Of a stretch of 64,000 bases of DNA, positions 10,024 through 21,100 are shown piece by piece; within the stretch, counting starts at the first letter, position 1, and every line of letters begins with the position of its first letter. The notes below the pieces were generated by a model, which ran no database searches, was not told the DNA's origin, and saw only the letters and a program-made list of their open reading frames with translations. The DNA is from an uncultured virus (IMG/VR IMGVR_UViG_3300031370_000004). Lineage: Duplodnaviria > Heunggongvirae > Uroviricota > Caudoviricetes. The translations under genes and the position numbers were made by a program. Location: IMG/VR virus record IMGVR_UViG_3300031370_000004, positions 1-64,000 of that record; one strand, written 5' to 3'.

Positions 10024-10503
10024 ATGTCTAATCGCACCGCGTTTTTAACCGCACTATCTGTTTCAGAAGCAACCAGTACCAGCCGGGCGACGAAATGCCG
10101 TGGCTATGATGTGATCGTGACCGGACAGGATGGGAAACCTGAGATCTTCACTGATTTCTCAACCCATCCCTTTGCTGGTGGCCGGGCGGCAAAAACGCTT
10201 AATTCGAAAGGCCTTAAATCTACGGCATCTGGCCGGTACCAACATCTGGTCCGGGACTGGGAGCATTACAAGGCGCTGCTGAAGCTGCCAGATTTCGGCC
10301 CTGAATCTCAGGATAAATGGGCGCTGCAGCTGATAAAGGAGTGTCGTGCGCTGGATGACGTGGACGCTGGCCGCTTTGAACTGGCGATAAGCAAATGTCG
10401 CAAAATCTGGGCAAGTCTACCGGGTGCTGGTTACGGCCAGAAGGAGCACCCGATAGAGTTCCTGATTAACGCGTACCGTAATGCTGGCGGAACGCTGGCG
10501 TAG
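10024..10503 (+). CDS. Endolysin, lambda R-type
   Basis: STASGRYQ, LPDFGPESQD and IWASLPGAGYGQKEH motifs. RBS AGGAG. Confidence 0.92.
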   Translation: MSNRTAFLTALSVSEATSTSRATKCRGYDVIVTGQDGKPEIFTDFSTHPFAGGRAAKTLNSKGLKSTASGRYQHLVRDWEHYKALLKLPDFGPESQDKWALQLIKECRALDDVDAGRFELAISKCRKIWASLPGAGYGQKEHPIEFLINAYRNAGGTLA

Positions 10504-10509
10504 CGAGTA

Positions 10510-11109
10510 TCAGGAACGACGTTTTTTTATGTGAATAGAGGGGCGGCCTTTGCCAGCTCCTTTTTTCTTTGGTACCGGAACGCGCCAGAAAGGCCTGAAC
10601 AGCGGTAAGCCATGCTCTTTCCGGTAATCGCATATTTTCCGCCACGAAAACATGCGCTCTTCGCGGGTTATCTTCTCTACTGGCTTACCGTTAATGTCGT
10701 AACGGAAAACGTTATTGGTGTTGGCCACCAGCATGTAATAGGCCTGGCAACGGCAGTACGTGTGTAATGCCAGATTCAGCTTATTGAGCGGCACGCGGAT
10801 ATGCCGTGCGTCGAGATCGTCCAGCATGTCATCACGGATGCCGTTTTTAAGCGGTATCCGCAGGCCATTTCGAAACAGGGCTGGCCAGAGTTGTTTCAGA
10901 AAACGTAGGCGCGCCTGATTTTTGCGTAACGTTTCAGGCGAGGCGTGAGAGACAAACGTTTTTTTAAGCTCGTCGATTTCTGCCCGGCGGGCGGCTTTTT
11001 TCTGCGCCTTTTCTTCCGCAGAAAGTTTGCGTGCTGGCTTACGCTTTTCAGTGTGTCCGGTTTTGCCTGATCTACTGCGCAGGCTCAGAGTATTGCGTCT
11101 GTCTTCCAT
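10510..11109 (-). CDS. ProQ/FinO-family RNA chaperone
   Basis: WPALF...PLKNGIRDDM...ALHTYCRCQAYY...RYDINGKPVEKIT ProQ/FinO core with a basic N-terminus. Confidence 0.85.
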   Translation of the reverse strand: MEDRRNTLSLRSRSGKTGHTEKRKPARKLSAEEKAQKKAARRAEIDELKKTFVSHASPETLRKNQARLRFLKQLWPALFRNGLRIPLKNGIRDDMLDDLDARHIRVPLNKLNLALHTYCRCQAYYMLVANTNNVFRYDINGKPVEKITREERMFSWRKICDYRKEHGLPLFRPFWRVPVPKKKGAGKGRPSIHIKKRRS

Positions 11110-11118
11110 TATTGCTCC

Positions 11119-12063
11119 TTAGATTGAATTAAGTTTTTTGCGGATTTCCGCCAGTCGTTGTTGGCCTATGGCTCTCGATTGCTCGCGAGAGGGGAGATCC
11201 TGATAGGTCTGGTCAAATTCTCTGTTGGCTTGCTCAAAGCGGCCATGGTTAAAACTGGTTGAGGCTGCTCCTGTACTCTTCGGCTTACCGGAAGTTTTCG
11301 CTTTCACCCAGCCCACAGCACGCTTAACAGCGGCTTTGGAGATGAGCTCGTGTATGGCGGTCTGCTCTAAGCAGCGTAGTTGCTTATGCTGCCCGGCGTC
11401 ATGATTCTGGACGGCAGTACGTTGACGTCGGACGTCGTCAAATTCAACCGGCGCGTTATCAGGTTCGTCACGATACGCGAATATGCTGCTGTCCTCTTCG
11501 GGGATATTATTTTTTTTCTGGTGATCACTACTAACTAATAATTGGGTGCAATTCCTGGAGCCTCGGGGGATCAACTTCTGAGGGGCTTTTTTAGAGTCAG
11601 AAAAAAGCCTGGAGGTGAGCGCCAGCAGCGCTTTAAGGAAGCCCGAAAGTAATTTCTCAAACTGCTCCTGAGCACTTTTGCGGGTGGTGTCTGCATGTTG
11701 TCGGAATTTGCTGGCTGCCACCAAAAAAGCTTTCGTAAAGGTGTACTCATTGGTCATCTGACGGCCAGATTTGAAAACCTCCCGCCGGGTCAGGATCCCC
11801 GATTTAACGGCAAGTTTCAGGTGCGACCTGACCGTGTTTTCGCTTTGATAAGTCTCTCTGCTCATCGTCCCGATACTTTTGAACAGCTTATAGCCGCTTG
11901 AGGCGCAGGCATCTGCACAAACTCGCAGTAGAGTGTTCGCAGCAGGCATTGATAATACAGAGGGGGGAATGGCTTTAATCGCCTCGCAGAGGCCATAACT
12001 GTTTAAACGTCCACTACTGGTAAAAGATGCAGTGGTTGTATTGATATTAACCAATGATTTCAT
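11119..12063 (-). CDS. repL: Lytic replication initiator, RepL-like
   Basis: N-terminal winged HTH (MSRETYQSENTVRSHLKLAVKSGIL...NEYTFTKAFL) resembling P1 RepL. Confidence 0.75.
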   Translation of the reverse strand: MKSLVNINTTTASFTSSGRLNSYGLCEAIKAIPPSVLSMPAANTLLRVCADACASSGYKLFKSIGTMSRETYQSENTVRSHLKLAVKSGILTRREVFKSGRQMTNEYTFTKAFLVAASKFRQHADTTRKSAQEQFEKLLSGFLKALLALTSRLFSDSKKAPQKLIPRGSRNCTQLLVSSDHQKKNNIPEEDSSIFAYRDEPDNAPVEFDDVRRQRTAVQNHDAGQHKQLRCLEQTAIHELISKAAVKRAVGWVKAKTSGKPKSTGAASTSFNHGRFEQANREFDQTYQDLPSREQSRAIGQQRLAEIRKKLNSI

Positions 12064-12075
12064 TATTATGCACTC

Positions 12076-12134
12076 AGGAATTACATTTCAATTTGAATTT
12101 TTTTAAGGGCAACTCGATGAGTTGCCTTTTTTTT
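12076..12134 (+). ncRNA. Candidate ~60-nt antisense (countertranscript) RNA to the repL leader
   Basis: + strand promoter TTGATA(12041)-N17-TATTAT(12064) and terminator GGGCAACTC-GAT-GAGTTGCCT followed by a T run (12107-12134). Confidence 0.55.
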
Positions 12135-12272
12135 GTGCTAACTATCCCGCGCCAGTCTTTGCTGGTGGATTTTCGGGGTAGGCCGGATGATAGATCGATC
12201 TGAATCACCAGATCAACAACAAACACTAAACAATTAAGGCGGCATGATGCCGCCTTAATGATGGTGCTATTG

Positions 12273-13346
12273 TTAAAAGTTCAGATTTGGCTCTTTGAAG
12301 GAGATGGTCGGTACGTGTTCAGCAGCTGTGGTTTTCTCAGCTGCCGGTGGGTTTTTGCGGTCGATTGGTAAGGTGGAGATCGCTGTTCTGCGGAGCCCTT
12401 CGAACATGCCTTTGACAATTTTCAGGTCTTCCGGGGTGTCCATGCTCCTGAATGCTTCGCGCTGGGTTTCGGTAACAAACACCGGTAAAGACTCCAGCAT
12501 GTCATCAAGAAACGCATCGCGTGCCGCTACCTTACTGTGACTCTCCTGCAGCTGGGTTTGCAGAGCCTGAATTTCTGCTGCGTGTTCCGTTTTCAGGCCT
12601 TCGAGCATCCCTTCGTTCCCCGCTGATTTAGCTTTCTCTTCATCCAGCTGCGTGGCGAGATCGATAATCTCCCCGCGGGCTTCCAGCAGAGCAATTTCCG
12701 CTTCCTCAACAAGTAGCGGGTTAACCAGGGAAATTTCTTGTTCACCAATTTTGTGAAAATGGCTCGCCACATCTTTGGCCCCAGCTTCTGTAAAGCCACG
12801 ACTTTGCAGGCTTTCCAGCAATTTACCTTCCTGCTCATCAGCGGATTCATTCATGTAGGCCGGGTGATCGAGCGACACGAAATTAGGGTTTTTGACGTAG
12901 TCCATGCCGAAGAAACGTGTAGGAATGGACACAGTGCCATCCTTTCCGCTGGTGGCCCAGGACCATCCGCCCGCGCGCGACTCCAGCAGCCCGGCGATAA
13001 TGCGGCCCGGCTCGTTATCAAAAATTTCCTGGGTGTGCGTAATGATCCCTTCGTCATCGATGGAGAGATGAACAGTGCGACAACCCGGCACGTTATCAAT
13101 GAGAACCGGGCGGCCTTCAACCATTACTACAGCGGTTTCAGGAACATCCAGCCCCGCCAGCTGACGGCGGCCATGGCCATAATAGCCATACAGCTCCCCT
13201 AGCTTCAGACCTTCCTGCGTTTCAGCGTTTTCAAACATCGATTTAACGGCTGAGAGCAGGTAGTTGCGTCCGTTCTGCCGTCCCTTACGGGCATTTTTAT
13301 AAAGGCAGAAACGATCCGTATGTTGCAACAGAACTTTAGTGGTCAA
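12273..13346 (-). CDS. pro: Prohead protease / head processing protein
   Basis: GELYGYYGHGRRQ, GGWSWATSG and FFGMDYVKNPNF motifs. Downstream of the portal as in P1. Confidence 0.85.
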   Translation of the reverse strand: MTTKVLLQHTDRFCLYKNARKGRQNGRNYLLSAVKSMFENAETQEGLKLGELYGYYGHGRRQLAGLDVPETAVVMVEGRPVLIDNVPGCRTVHLSIDDEGIITHTQEIFDNEPGRIIAGLLESRAGGWSWATSGKDGTVSIPTRFFGMDYVKNPNFVSLDHPAYMNESADEQEGKLLESLQSRGFTEAGAKDVASHFHKIGEQEISLVNPLLVEEAEIALLEARGEIIDLATQLDEEKAKSAGNEGMLEGLKTEHAAEIQALQTQLQESHSKVAARDAFLDDMLESLPVFVTETQREAFRSMDTPEDLKIVKGMFEGLRRTAISTLPIDRKNPPAAEKTTAAEHVPTISFKEPNLNF

Positions 13347-13363
13347 AATAAAACCTCCGGTTA

Positions 13364-15028
13364 TTACACATCACCGAGCACCCGGCTGCGGCGCTCTTCA
13401 TCAAGGGTAAGTAGCGACTCAAAAAGGTTTTTATGCTCGTCGTTGTCGCTCGCTTTTTTTATTTCGGTTATCAGTTTCACCACCACGTCATCGCCCAGGT
13501 TCAGGATATTGCCGAACAGCAGCTGCTTGAATGTCTCGGATTTTGAGAGCACATCGTTGTTGCTGATGGCATCAATGATCGTCGTGACGACGCTGGCATA
13601 GTTGGCCCGGCTATCAGCAGCATCATTTTCTTCCTGCTGAAGAGCGGTATTTGCAGAGTTAAAACGAATCGAATACGGACGATCCTGAGGCGTCCAGACT
13701 TTCCCGTATTTGTAGGCCATGTGGATATCGACGGTGCGATGAATACTCGTTTCACACGCCATGCGTATCCACTGGCTACGGGCGGCAGCCTGAATAGAGG
13801 TGCGCAAGAATCCCCCTTCACCCAGCCCACCAGACATTTGATCGGCCCAGCCTAGCAGGGAGTAATCGAGGCCGACGGAACCGGCCATCATTTTGAGATA
13901 CATCATCACGTCGTCAATGCCGGAGATGTTGGGATCGATGCTGAAAGTATCGATGCCCATTTGCTGTTTCCCGTCACCGAGCACAGGGATGACGGTATTG
14001 GTGACTGTCGGTGACCATCGCCCGCGCATAGCGCGCCCCTCCATCAGATCGGCGGAGCGCTTCAGCACATGGCTGATGGTGTGCTGGTATTTGGCGGCTT
14101 GAGCGGGATCCAGCGAGTTCATGGCCACGGAGAGTAAGCGGTCAATTTTTGCTGAGTTCATCCTTGCTGAACGAACCGCGCGGATTGCCTCTTTAAGGTT
14201 TTCATACGACTCGAACGCTGGCTCAATCAGGCTACAGCCATAGTTTTGGGTTTCTGTTGGCGTCCGCGCCATCGGGTTGCCCAGCAGGTTGTAGCTTTCT
14301 GCTCCTGAATAAGTTGGAATGACTGTCGCGCGCGGGCGCCATCCGGCGATGCGCATCGGTATCAGATCCCAGGGCTCGGCCAGTACCTTGCCGCCGTATT
14401 CCGACTTAAGGTAGTCGCCGGTGAACCCGGCCAACTGGCCACCAATGTGATATTCCCGAATGAACTGGGGAAGGGTGTAGTAGTTACATTCAAGCGATAA
14501 AATGCCGACACCCGGCTCCGCATGTGGGCGAATGAATGAAACCCCCAGGACAGCGGCAACCTGTGCAAACAGCGCAATGTTTTCGTTAAGCATGCTGCCC
14601 AGATCGCTGTTTAACTCTTCACAGATTTTCTGCGCAGCTAACACATCGGCCTTACCTCCTTTCTGAAGAGGCTGGAAAGTGAGAATACTATTCGTTTTTT
14701 TGTCGTACGACAGCGCGTGCGTCAGGTGAATGTTCAGTGCCGTGGCGAGTGTGGGATAGGTCGCCATCTCTTCCAGCAGCGGATATTTCAAAAAGCGATC
14801 GTCAGGCAGAGATATGTCATCCCGCATGGCCCCGCCCACTCCTACCAGGTTATTGCCTTCTTTCGCTTCCCGTCCGAGCAGGTCGAACATGCCGGACGAC
14901 CGAGTAAAAACGTGCCCGCCGCCGGAGGTCATGAGCCCCGAAAGCATTGAAGGTGATCGATCAGAGGCGGCTGCTGGCAGGCGGGCGGTTAGGGCTTTAC
15001 GGACGTCGGATTGTGCGATTAGTTTCAT
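13364..15028 (-). CDS. prt: Portal protein
   Basis: 554 aa, GWADQMSGGLGEGGFLRT motif, divergent from darB as in P1. Confidence 0.85.
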   Translation of the reverse strand: MKLIAQSDVRKALTARLPAAASDRSPSMLSGLMTSGGGHVFTRSSGMFDLLGREAKEGNNLVGVGGAMRDDISLPDDRFLKYPLLEEMATYPTLATALNIHLTHALSYDKKTNSILTFQPLQKGGKADVLAAQKICEELNSDLGSMLNENIALFAQVAAVLGVSFIRPHAEPGVGILSLECNYYTLPQFIREYHIGGQLAGFTGDYLKSEYGGKVLAEPWDLIPMRIAGWRPRATVIPTYSGAESYNLLGNPMARTPTETQNYGCSLIEPAFESYENLKEAIRAVRSARMNSAKIDRLLSVAMNSLDPAQAAKYQHTISHVLKRSADLMEGRAMRGRWSPTVTNTVIPVLGDGKQQMGIDTFSIDPNISGIDDVMMYLKMMAGSVGLDYSLLGWADQMSGGLGEGGFLRTSIQAAARSQWIRMACETSIHRTVDIHMAYKYGKVWTPQDRPYSIRFNSANTALQQEENDAADSRANYASVVTTIIDAISNNDVLSKSETFKQLLFGNILNLGDDVVVKLITEIKKASDNDEHKNLFESLLTLDEERRSRVLGDV

Positions 15029-15107
15029 CAGTCCAGCGAACCTTGTGTAAGATTATAAAGTTTAGTGTTTATTGCATCTTAATCAAAGTACGCTGGAGTT
15101 GGGCAAT

Positions 15108-18100
15108 ATGAATTTTGACCTTGATAATCCGCTTACGCTGGGTGTTATGGCGTGCCGTAACCTCCCGGAGTTGGTTCGGTATCTTAAATCGCTGGGAGAA
15201 GTGAAGGCACCTGTTCGCTTCGGGGTGGAAAAAATTGCCGGCAAGTCCTGGGACTCCCTCAGGAAATCGGCAAACGCCGCGGCTATAGCGCTGCTAAACG
15301 AACTGCAACCCGGTGCGGCATTAAGCGATGAGCAGCGCCAGACACTGGCTGGCTATACCGGCAATGGCGGTATCGGTGGAACGGAAAGTGAATACTACAC
15401 ACCGCAGCCGATCGCAGAGGGCATTTGGGAAGCCCTGAAACTCTACGGCGCCGATACAGGAAACGTGCTGGAGCCTTCCGCAGGTGTCGGGGTTTTCCAT
15501 GAAGCTAAGCCTCGCGGCGTGCTGATGACCGCGGCAGAGATTGATACCATTTCGGGGACCATTAACCAGCTTTTGCACCCTGGCGATTCCATCGCAATTT
15601 CTCCCTTTGAGCAGCTGGCTTCTTCCAGCCCGGATAACTTCTTTGATCACTGCGTGGCCAACGTGCCATTCGGGAACAACCGCGGCGCATTTGCCAACCT
15701 CGATCCAGCCTATGCCGGTGAGAAAAATATTGGCCGTTACTTTGTGCTTCGCCTTCTGGACAAAATTAAGCCGGGCGGGTACGCCGGGATCATTGTGCCT
15801 TACGGCATGACCAGCGGGAGCGATATGAAGCGCCTGCGAGAAGAGGTGAGCCGCAAGGCTGAATTCCTCGGAGCGCACCGGCTGCCAACCGGGACCTTTG
15901 ATGCGTCAGGTACCTCTACCGTCGTGGATATCTGGATGCTGAGAAAGCACCCGGAGGAACTGGCAGACTTCATTGCCCAGGCTGATGAGCAGCTGCTGCA
16001 GACTGCGAATGTGATGTGGCCGACTTACATCACCGGAAAGTGGTTTGAGCATGAGGGTAAGCGCTTTGTTCACGGTGAGCAGGAAAAAGCTTTCCGCGGG
16101 ATCACCGTTAAAAACGGACAGGTCAACAACGCCGCGATGAAAGAACGGCTGATCCACAAGTTTGAAAGCCGTATTGACTGGTCGCTTCTTCAGGTTGAGC
16201 CACCAGCGATTATGCGCGCTGCTGAGGATGAATCTCGCTTCATTAACCGCCAGTGGTACCGCTTCCGGGGTGGAATGTGGGTGCTTGACGATACCCAGCG
16301 TGAAAAATCTCTGGATCCGGCCACGTATGGCGCGCCAACGCATGAGGCGCTGTCTCGCCTGCTTTCTACTGAGGAGGGCATTCTGTCCCTTTCCTGGGCA
16401 CAGATTCAGGCTGCGTCTACAGACTACCCGCAATACTTCAGCCAGCAGACCGCCGGCGTATTGAGCTGGGTTAAAACGCAGAAGCCTAAACACCAGGAAC
16501 GACTTTTCCGCGGTGCAATGGTCGGGATCCGTATCCAGACCTATCGGGGCGTTTTAACAACCGGTCATGTGTCGGATGAGCAGCTGGAATCACTGCGGCA
16601 GGATCTCGTGAGTCTGGTCAACGGCGAGATGAGTAAGTTTGGCAACCCGAACCAGGGCATGATTAGCAAGGTTAGTGGTAATGGCGCGGGGCCATGGTTC
16701 GCGTTCAAATCCTCGATACGTCATGACGGTTCGCACTCTGACCTGCTCAGCGGCACGATCAACACCGAGAAGGGCAGCAGCTTCAATTCTACCGATTATG
16801 CTGACACAGTGCGTCATCTCTTCAGTGAAGTGGATCTTGTTCCGGTCAGTGTGGAAGAGTTCCGCAAGACCTTCACCGGCGAACTGCCTGCTGATGATAA
16901 TGACCTGCTGGATATCCTGGCGACACAGGACGGCATCGCCATTACCCCGGATGGGAATATTGTACCGTTTGACCGCGCAACCAGTGGCGATATCGGTTTA
17001 AACAATGCCGCCCTGCGCGGGGCGATCTCTGTCATGCCAGAAGGGCCGCAGCGCCAGAACATGCTGCGCCAGCTACAGGGGATCCAGGATAAAAGAAAAT
17101 GGACCGACGTTGATGATATTGCGTTTAAGCTAAATTCTCGCTGGTTTGACCGCACTCTCATCCTGCAATTCCTGCAGGAAAACGGCTATACAGAGTTTCT
17201 GTATGCTGACCGCATCGAAACCGATGAAAACGCCCGCCTGATCTCTGACACGAACTACCATGGCCGGGATGGGGTATTTACTGGTTACCGCTACGGCACA
17301 ATCCAGGGCCGCGACAAAGAGACGGGGCTGCCGGTCTACAAATGGGGCAAGCGCTCCGCTAAAGATGGTGACGGATTCCCGGCGCAGCTGGAAAAATATC
17401 TCAATGGCCAGAAACCAGCGGGGGTGAATGGAGCTGCATATATGGCTCGCATTCAAGGACTGGAAGAGCAGTTTAACGCCTGGATCCGTCAGCACGACGA
17501 GATTGATAACCTTGTCGCTGACTATAACGATGCATTCAACGCCTTTATCCCTTATGAACAGTCTGATGCACCGTTAAATTTAAAGGGTGTCAGCGGCAAC
17601 ATTGAGTCGTTTGGGTACCAGAACAAGGAGGTAAGGCGCCTGTCTGAGGATGGTCGGGGCATTTTAGGCTTCGGCACCGGGCTCGGTAAAACGCTCACCG
17701 CGCTGGCGCTTGAGGCCTACAATTTTGAATGCGGGCGTAGTAAACGTACTGCCATTGTGGTGCCAAAGTCTGTACTGGAAAACTGGTACCACGAAGCGAA
17801 GAATTTCTATTCACCGGAGGCGTTTGCCAGCATCCTGTTTATCGGCCTCGATCCGGTTCGTGGCGGTGATGGGGCGATCGCTCAGGTCGAGATGCGTAAC
17901 GAGGCTGGCGCTGTAATTACCGACCCGAAAACCGGCGCGCCAAAAATGCGTGATGCGCTGGTGGAAGTGGACGAAGCGACAATCAAAGCCCGGATGCATG
18001 CCATCCCTCAGTCCAACTATCGTTCAGTGGTCATGACCAAAGAGCAATATGCCCGCATACCTCTGAAAGAAGAGACGGTCCGCGATCATGCGCATGACGT

Positions 18101-21100
18101 GCTCCACCAGCTCGTTGATGCAGGACGACTTACCGCGGTGCCGGAAAATCATCGTGAGGCCAATAAGCGTAATAACGTGCTGGCGAAAAACTCCGACACC
18201 GGCACAACCAAAGAATACGACTATCCGTATTTTGAGGACATGGGCTTTGATAACGTCATTGCTGATGAAGGACATAACTACCGCAACAGCTATTCCGCCG
18301 GGCGTGAGGCTGCGCAGTTAGCATATCTCCCGTTGCCGTCGGTGGCGAAGTCGGCGCGCGATATGGCTGTAAAAAACGCTTATCTGATGGCTCAGAATAA
18401 CGGTCGAGGTTGTGTACTGCTCTCAGCAACGCCAGTCGTAAACTCCCCCATCGATGCGTTTAACATGCTTTCCCACGTAGTCAGCATGCAGGAATGGTCC
18501 CGAATGGGGATCCACACCCCGGATGATTTTGTGAAGGTGTTCGGCAAGACAGACCGGGTACTGTTCCAGAAAATCAGCGGTGAAATTGAAGAGCGTGACG
18601 GGCTGGTGGGCTTCCAGAACCTGGATGGTTTACGCGGTATCTTCCACCGCTGGACGACATTAAAAACCTCTCAGGACGTTGCTCAGGACGTCAAAATACC
18701 CGAGCTGGATGAGAATATTCAACCGGCACCGATGACTGATGAGCAGGCGGAGCTGTATGAGACACTGCGTGTTCGTGCAGAGAAGCTGTCATTGGGTATT
18801 ACCGACAAATACACGGTCGATGAAGATGGTGAACTCGTTAAACCGGACTCCATATTTGCAATCATCCGCGATATGGACCGTGTCTGTACGGACGTCGATC
18901 TGTATAAGCGCCAGATCACTTTCCGTTTCCCGGCGGACAGTATGGCTGCTGTTCAGCAGCTCTGTGATGACCTGCCTAAGTCCGCAGGCAGCGATGATGA
19001 CGAAGACGGTTATGCATCCAGCGGGCGCGGAGTCGTCACTGCAAAAGGTGATTTCTGTGAGCTGGTGGTGCCTGAGGTATATGAGCAGGCAGTGTTATCG
19101 CGGATCGCTAAATTTGGCATAGATGAAACCACGATCTCGCATCCGGTACCGCCGAAATACTCGGTGCTGGTTGAAAATCTTCGGGAAGGGCTGAAGCGCG
19201 GTAAACAGATCATCTTCACCGATGAAAAGAGCCAGCACAGCAAGCTGAAGCGTATTCTCTGCTCCGCCCTGGGCATGGCCGCTGAGCAGATCGGTATTCT
19301 TAATGCGACCACTGTGGCGGATGCCGGTAAAAAATCGAAAAAAGTTAAGGCTGTGAAACCGCCAAAAGAACTGCCGGAGGAGCCAACCGAGGAGCAACTG
19401 GCGACATACTATGAGCAGAAGCAGGCTTATGAGGCTTATATCTCAGCCCAGAATGAAGTCTCCCTTGGCGGCCTCGAGCAAATTGCTGCGGATTACCAGG
19501 AGGGCCGGACGCAGATCATTATCTGCAATAAAAAGGCTGAAGTAGGCATTAACCTGCATAAGGGCACGTCAGATGTCCACCATCTCACGCTGCCGTGGAC
19601 GCCAGCCAGTATCGACCAGCGTAATGGCCGCGGCGCTCGCGTGGGATCCACGCATGACAGCGTACGGGTGCATTATTACTGTGGCAAAGGCTCCTTTGAT
19701 GAGTTCCGTCTCAAGACGCTGCGCCGTAAAAAAGACTGGATCCGCGAAATACTGACATCTGACAAAGCGACCGCAGACAACGCAGACGCCGACAGCGTGC
19801 TGGAAATGCAGCTGCTGCTGGCATCCAACCCTGAAGAGCGCGAGCGCCGCATTCGTGAGCAACAGGAAGCGATCAAAGCTGCTGCTCTGCAGGCTGCAAA
19901 ATCCCGGGCAAACATCAACCTCGTTAACTACATGAAGGCGCAACACGCGGCAGCCAGCAGCTCTGACAGAGAAGAAACGATCCTGCATGACCTGAATATC
20001 GAACTGACAAAGCTCAACGCTGAAGTGGAAGAAGCTCGAAGAGAGATGGAAGAGATACAGGCGAAACTTGCGAAAGAGGTCGCTGGTGAAAACCTCAGCT
20101 ACAAAGTGCGGGCTTTTGGTGAGCGAATCCGTGCTGCCAATACTTATCTGACCGATAAGCTTAAAGCCCAGGGGGCGGCCCGCCGGAGCGTGAACCTGCA
20201 ACAGCGGCGCCTGAATAGGATTAGTGATGCAGAAAAGAAAATTAAGCAACTGCGGCCGGTCATTTCGGACGCCATAAAAAATGGCCTGCTTGACGTCGAT
20301 ACTGACGTGATCGACCACGGCGCCAGCATGCTGATCGTCAATGGACGCACCTTTAAGATCGGGCAGTTCTATCCGGTTTCTTCTGGTTACCGGGATCGCG
20401 TATATGACGACGCTGTAGAAAGAGCCGCGTACTCCCGAATAATCAGCATCGATTTTGATTTTCAGACGGCTACGCTGGTGGCTGTCAGCGATCCGAACAG
20501 CATTACGCCACACAAGCGAGTGATTAACGTGCTTTCGTTGCCGCAACCAGTGGACCTGTCCCCGGATGAAGTCTCAATCCTGACGAAGATTAGCGGCGGT
20601 ATTTCAATCACGCGCGTACCAGAGCTGCTGACCAAAGCAGATTTCTATCGCTATCTGGGGCAGGGAGTGTTGCGCCTTACCGATGACAAAGGTCTGATAT
20701 GGAACGGCTCGCAATACCAGCTGGAAACCCTGAGTGAGCAGGGATATGTGTCGCCCTCCCGGGCGAGAATTATCCGTAGTGACGCCTGGTATAAGGCCAA
20801 CGGTGCGAAAATTGTGTACCCGGATCGGGATGATGACTCTCTGAAAAATGCCATTGCCAGCTGGTTCCGTGGCGCGGTGGCGGGAGACAGAAGCAATTCA
20901 CGTTCGTTTATGATTGCCCTTTTTGGTCCCCAGTACACAACGGCCATCGAATCGTATGGTGAAAATGCCTCAGCCGACCAGATTGCACTTTATGTCGCTG
21001 ACTGGATTAAGCGAGTCGGTGATGAAATTGCATCTCGTGGCGGTTCGGCCACTGGTGAGAGCAGTAAATACGTCGCTTTTTATCGGGAAACGGGGAAGTA

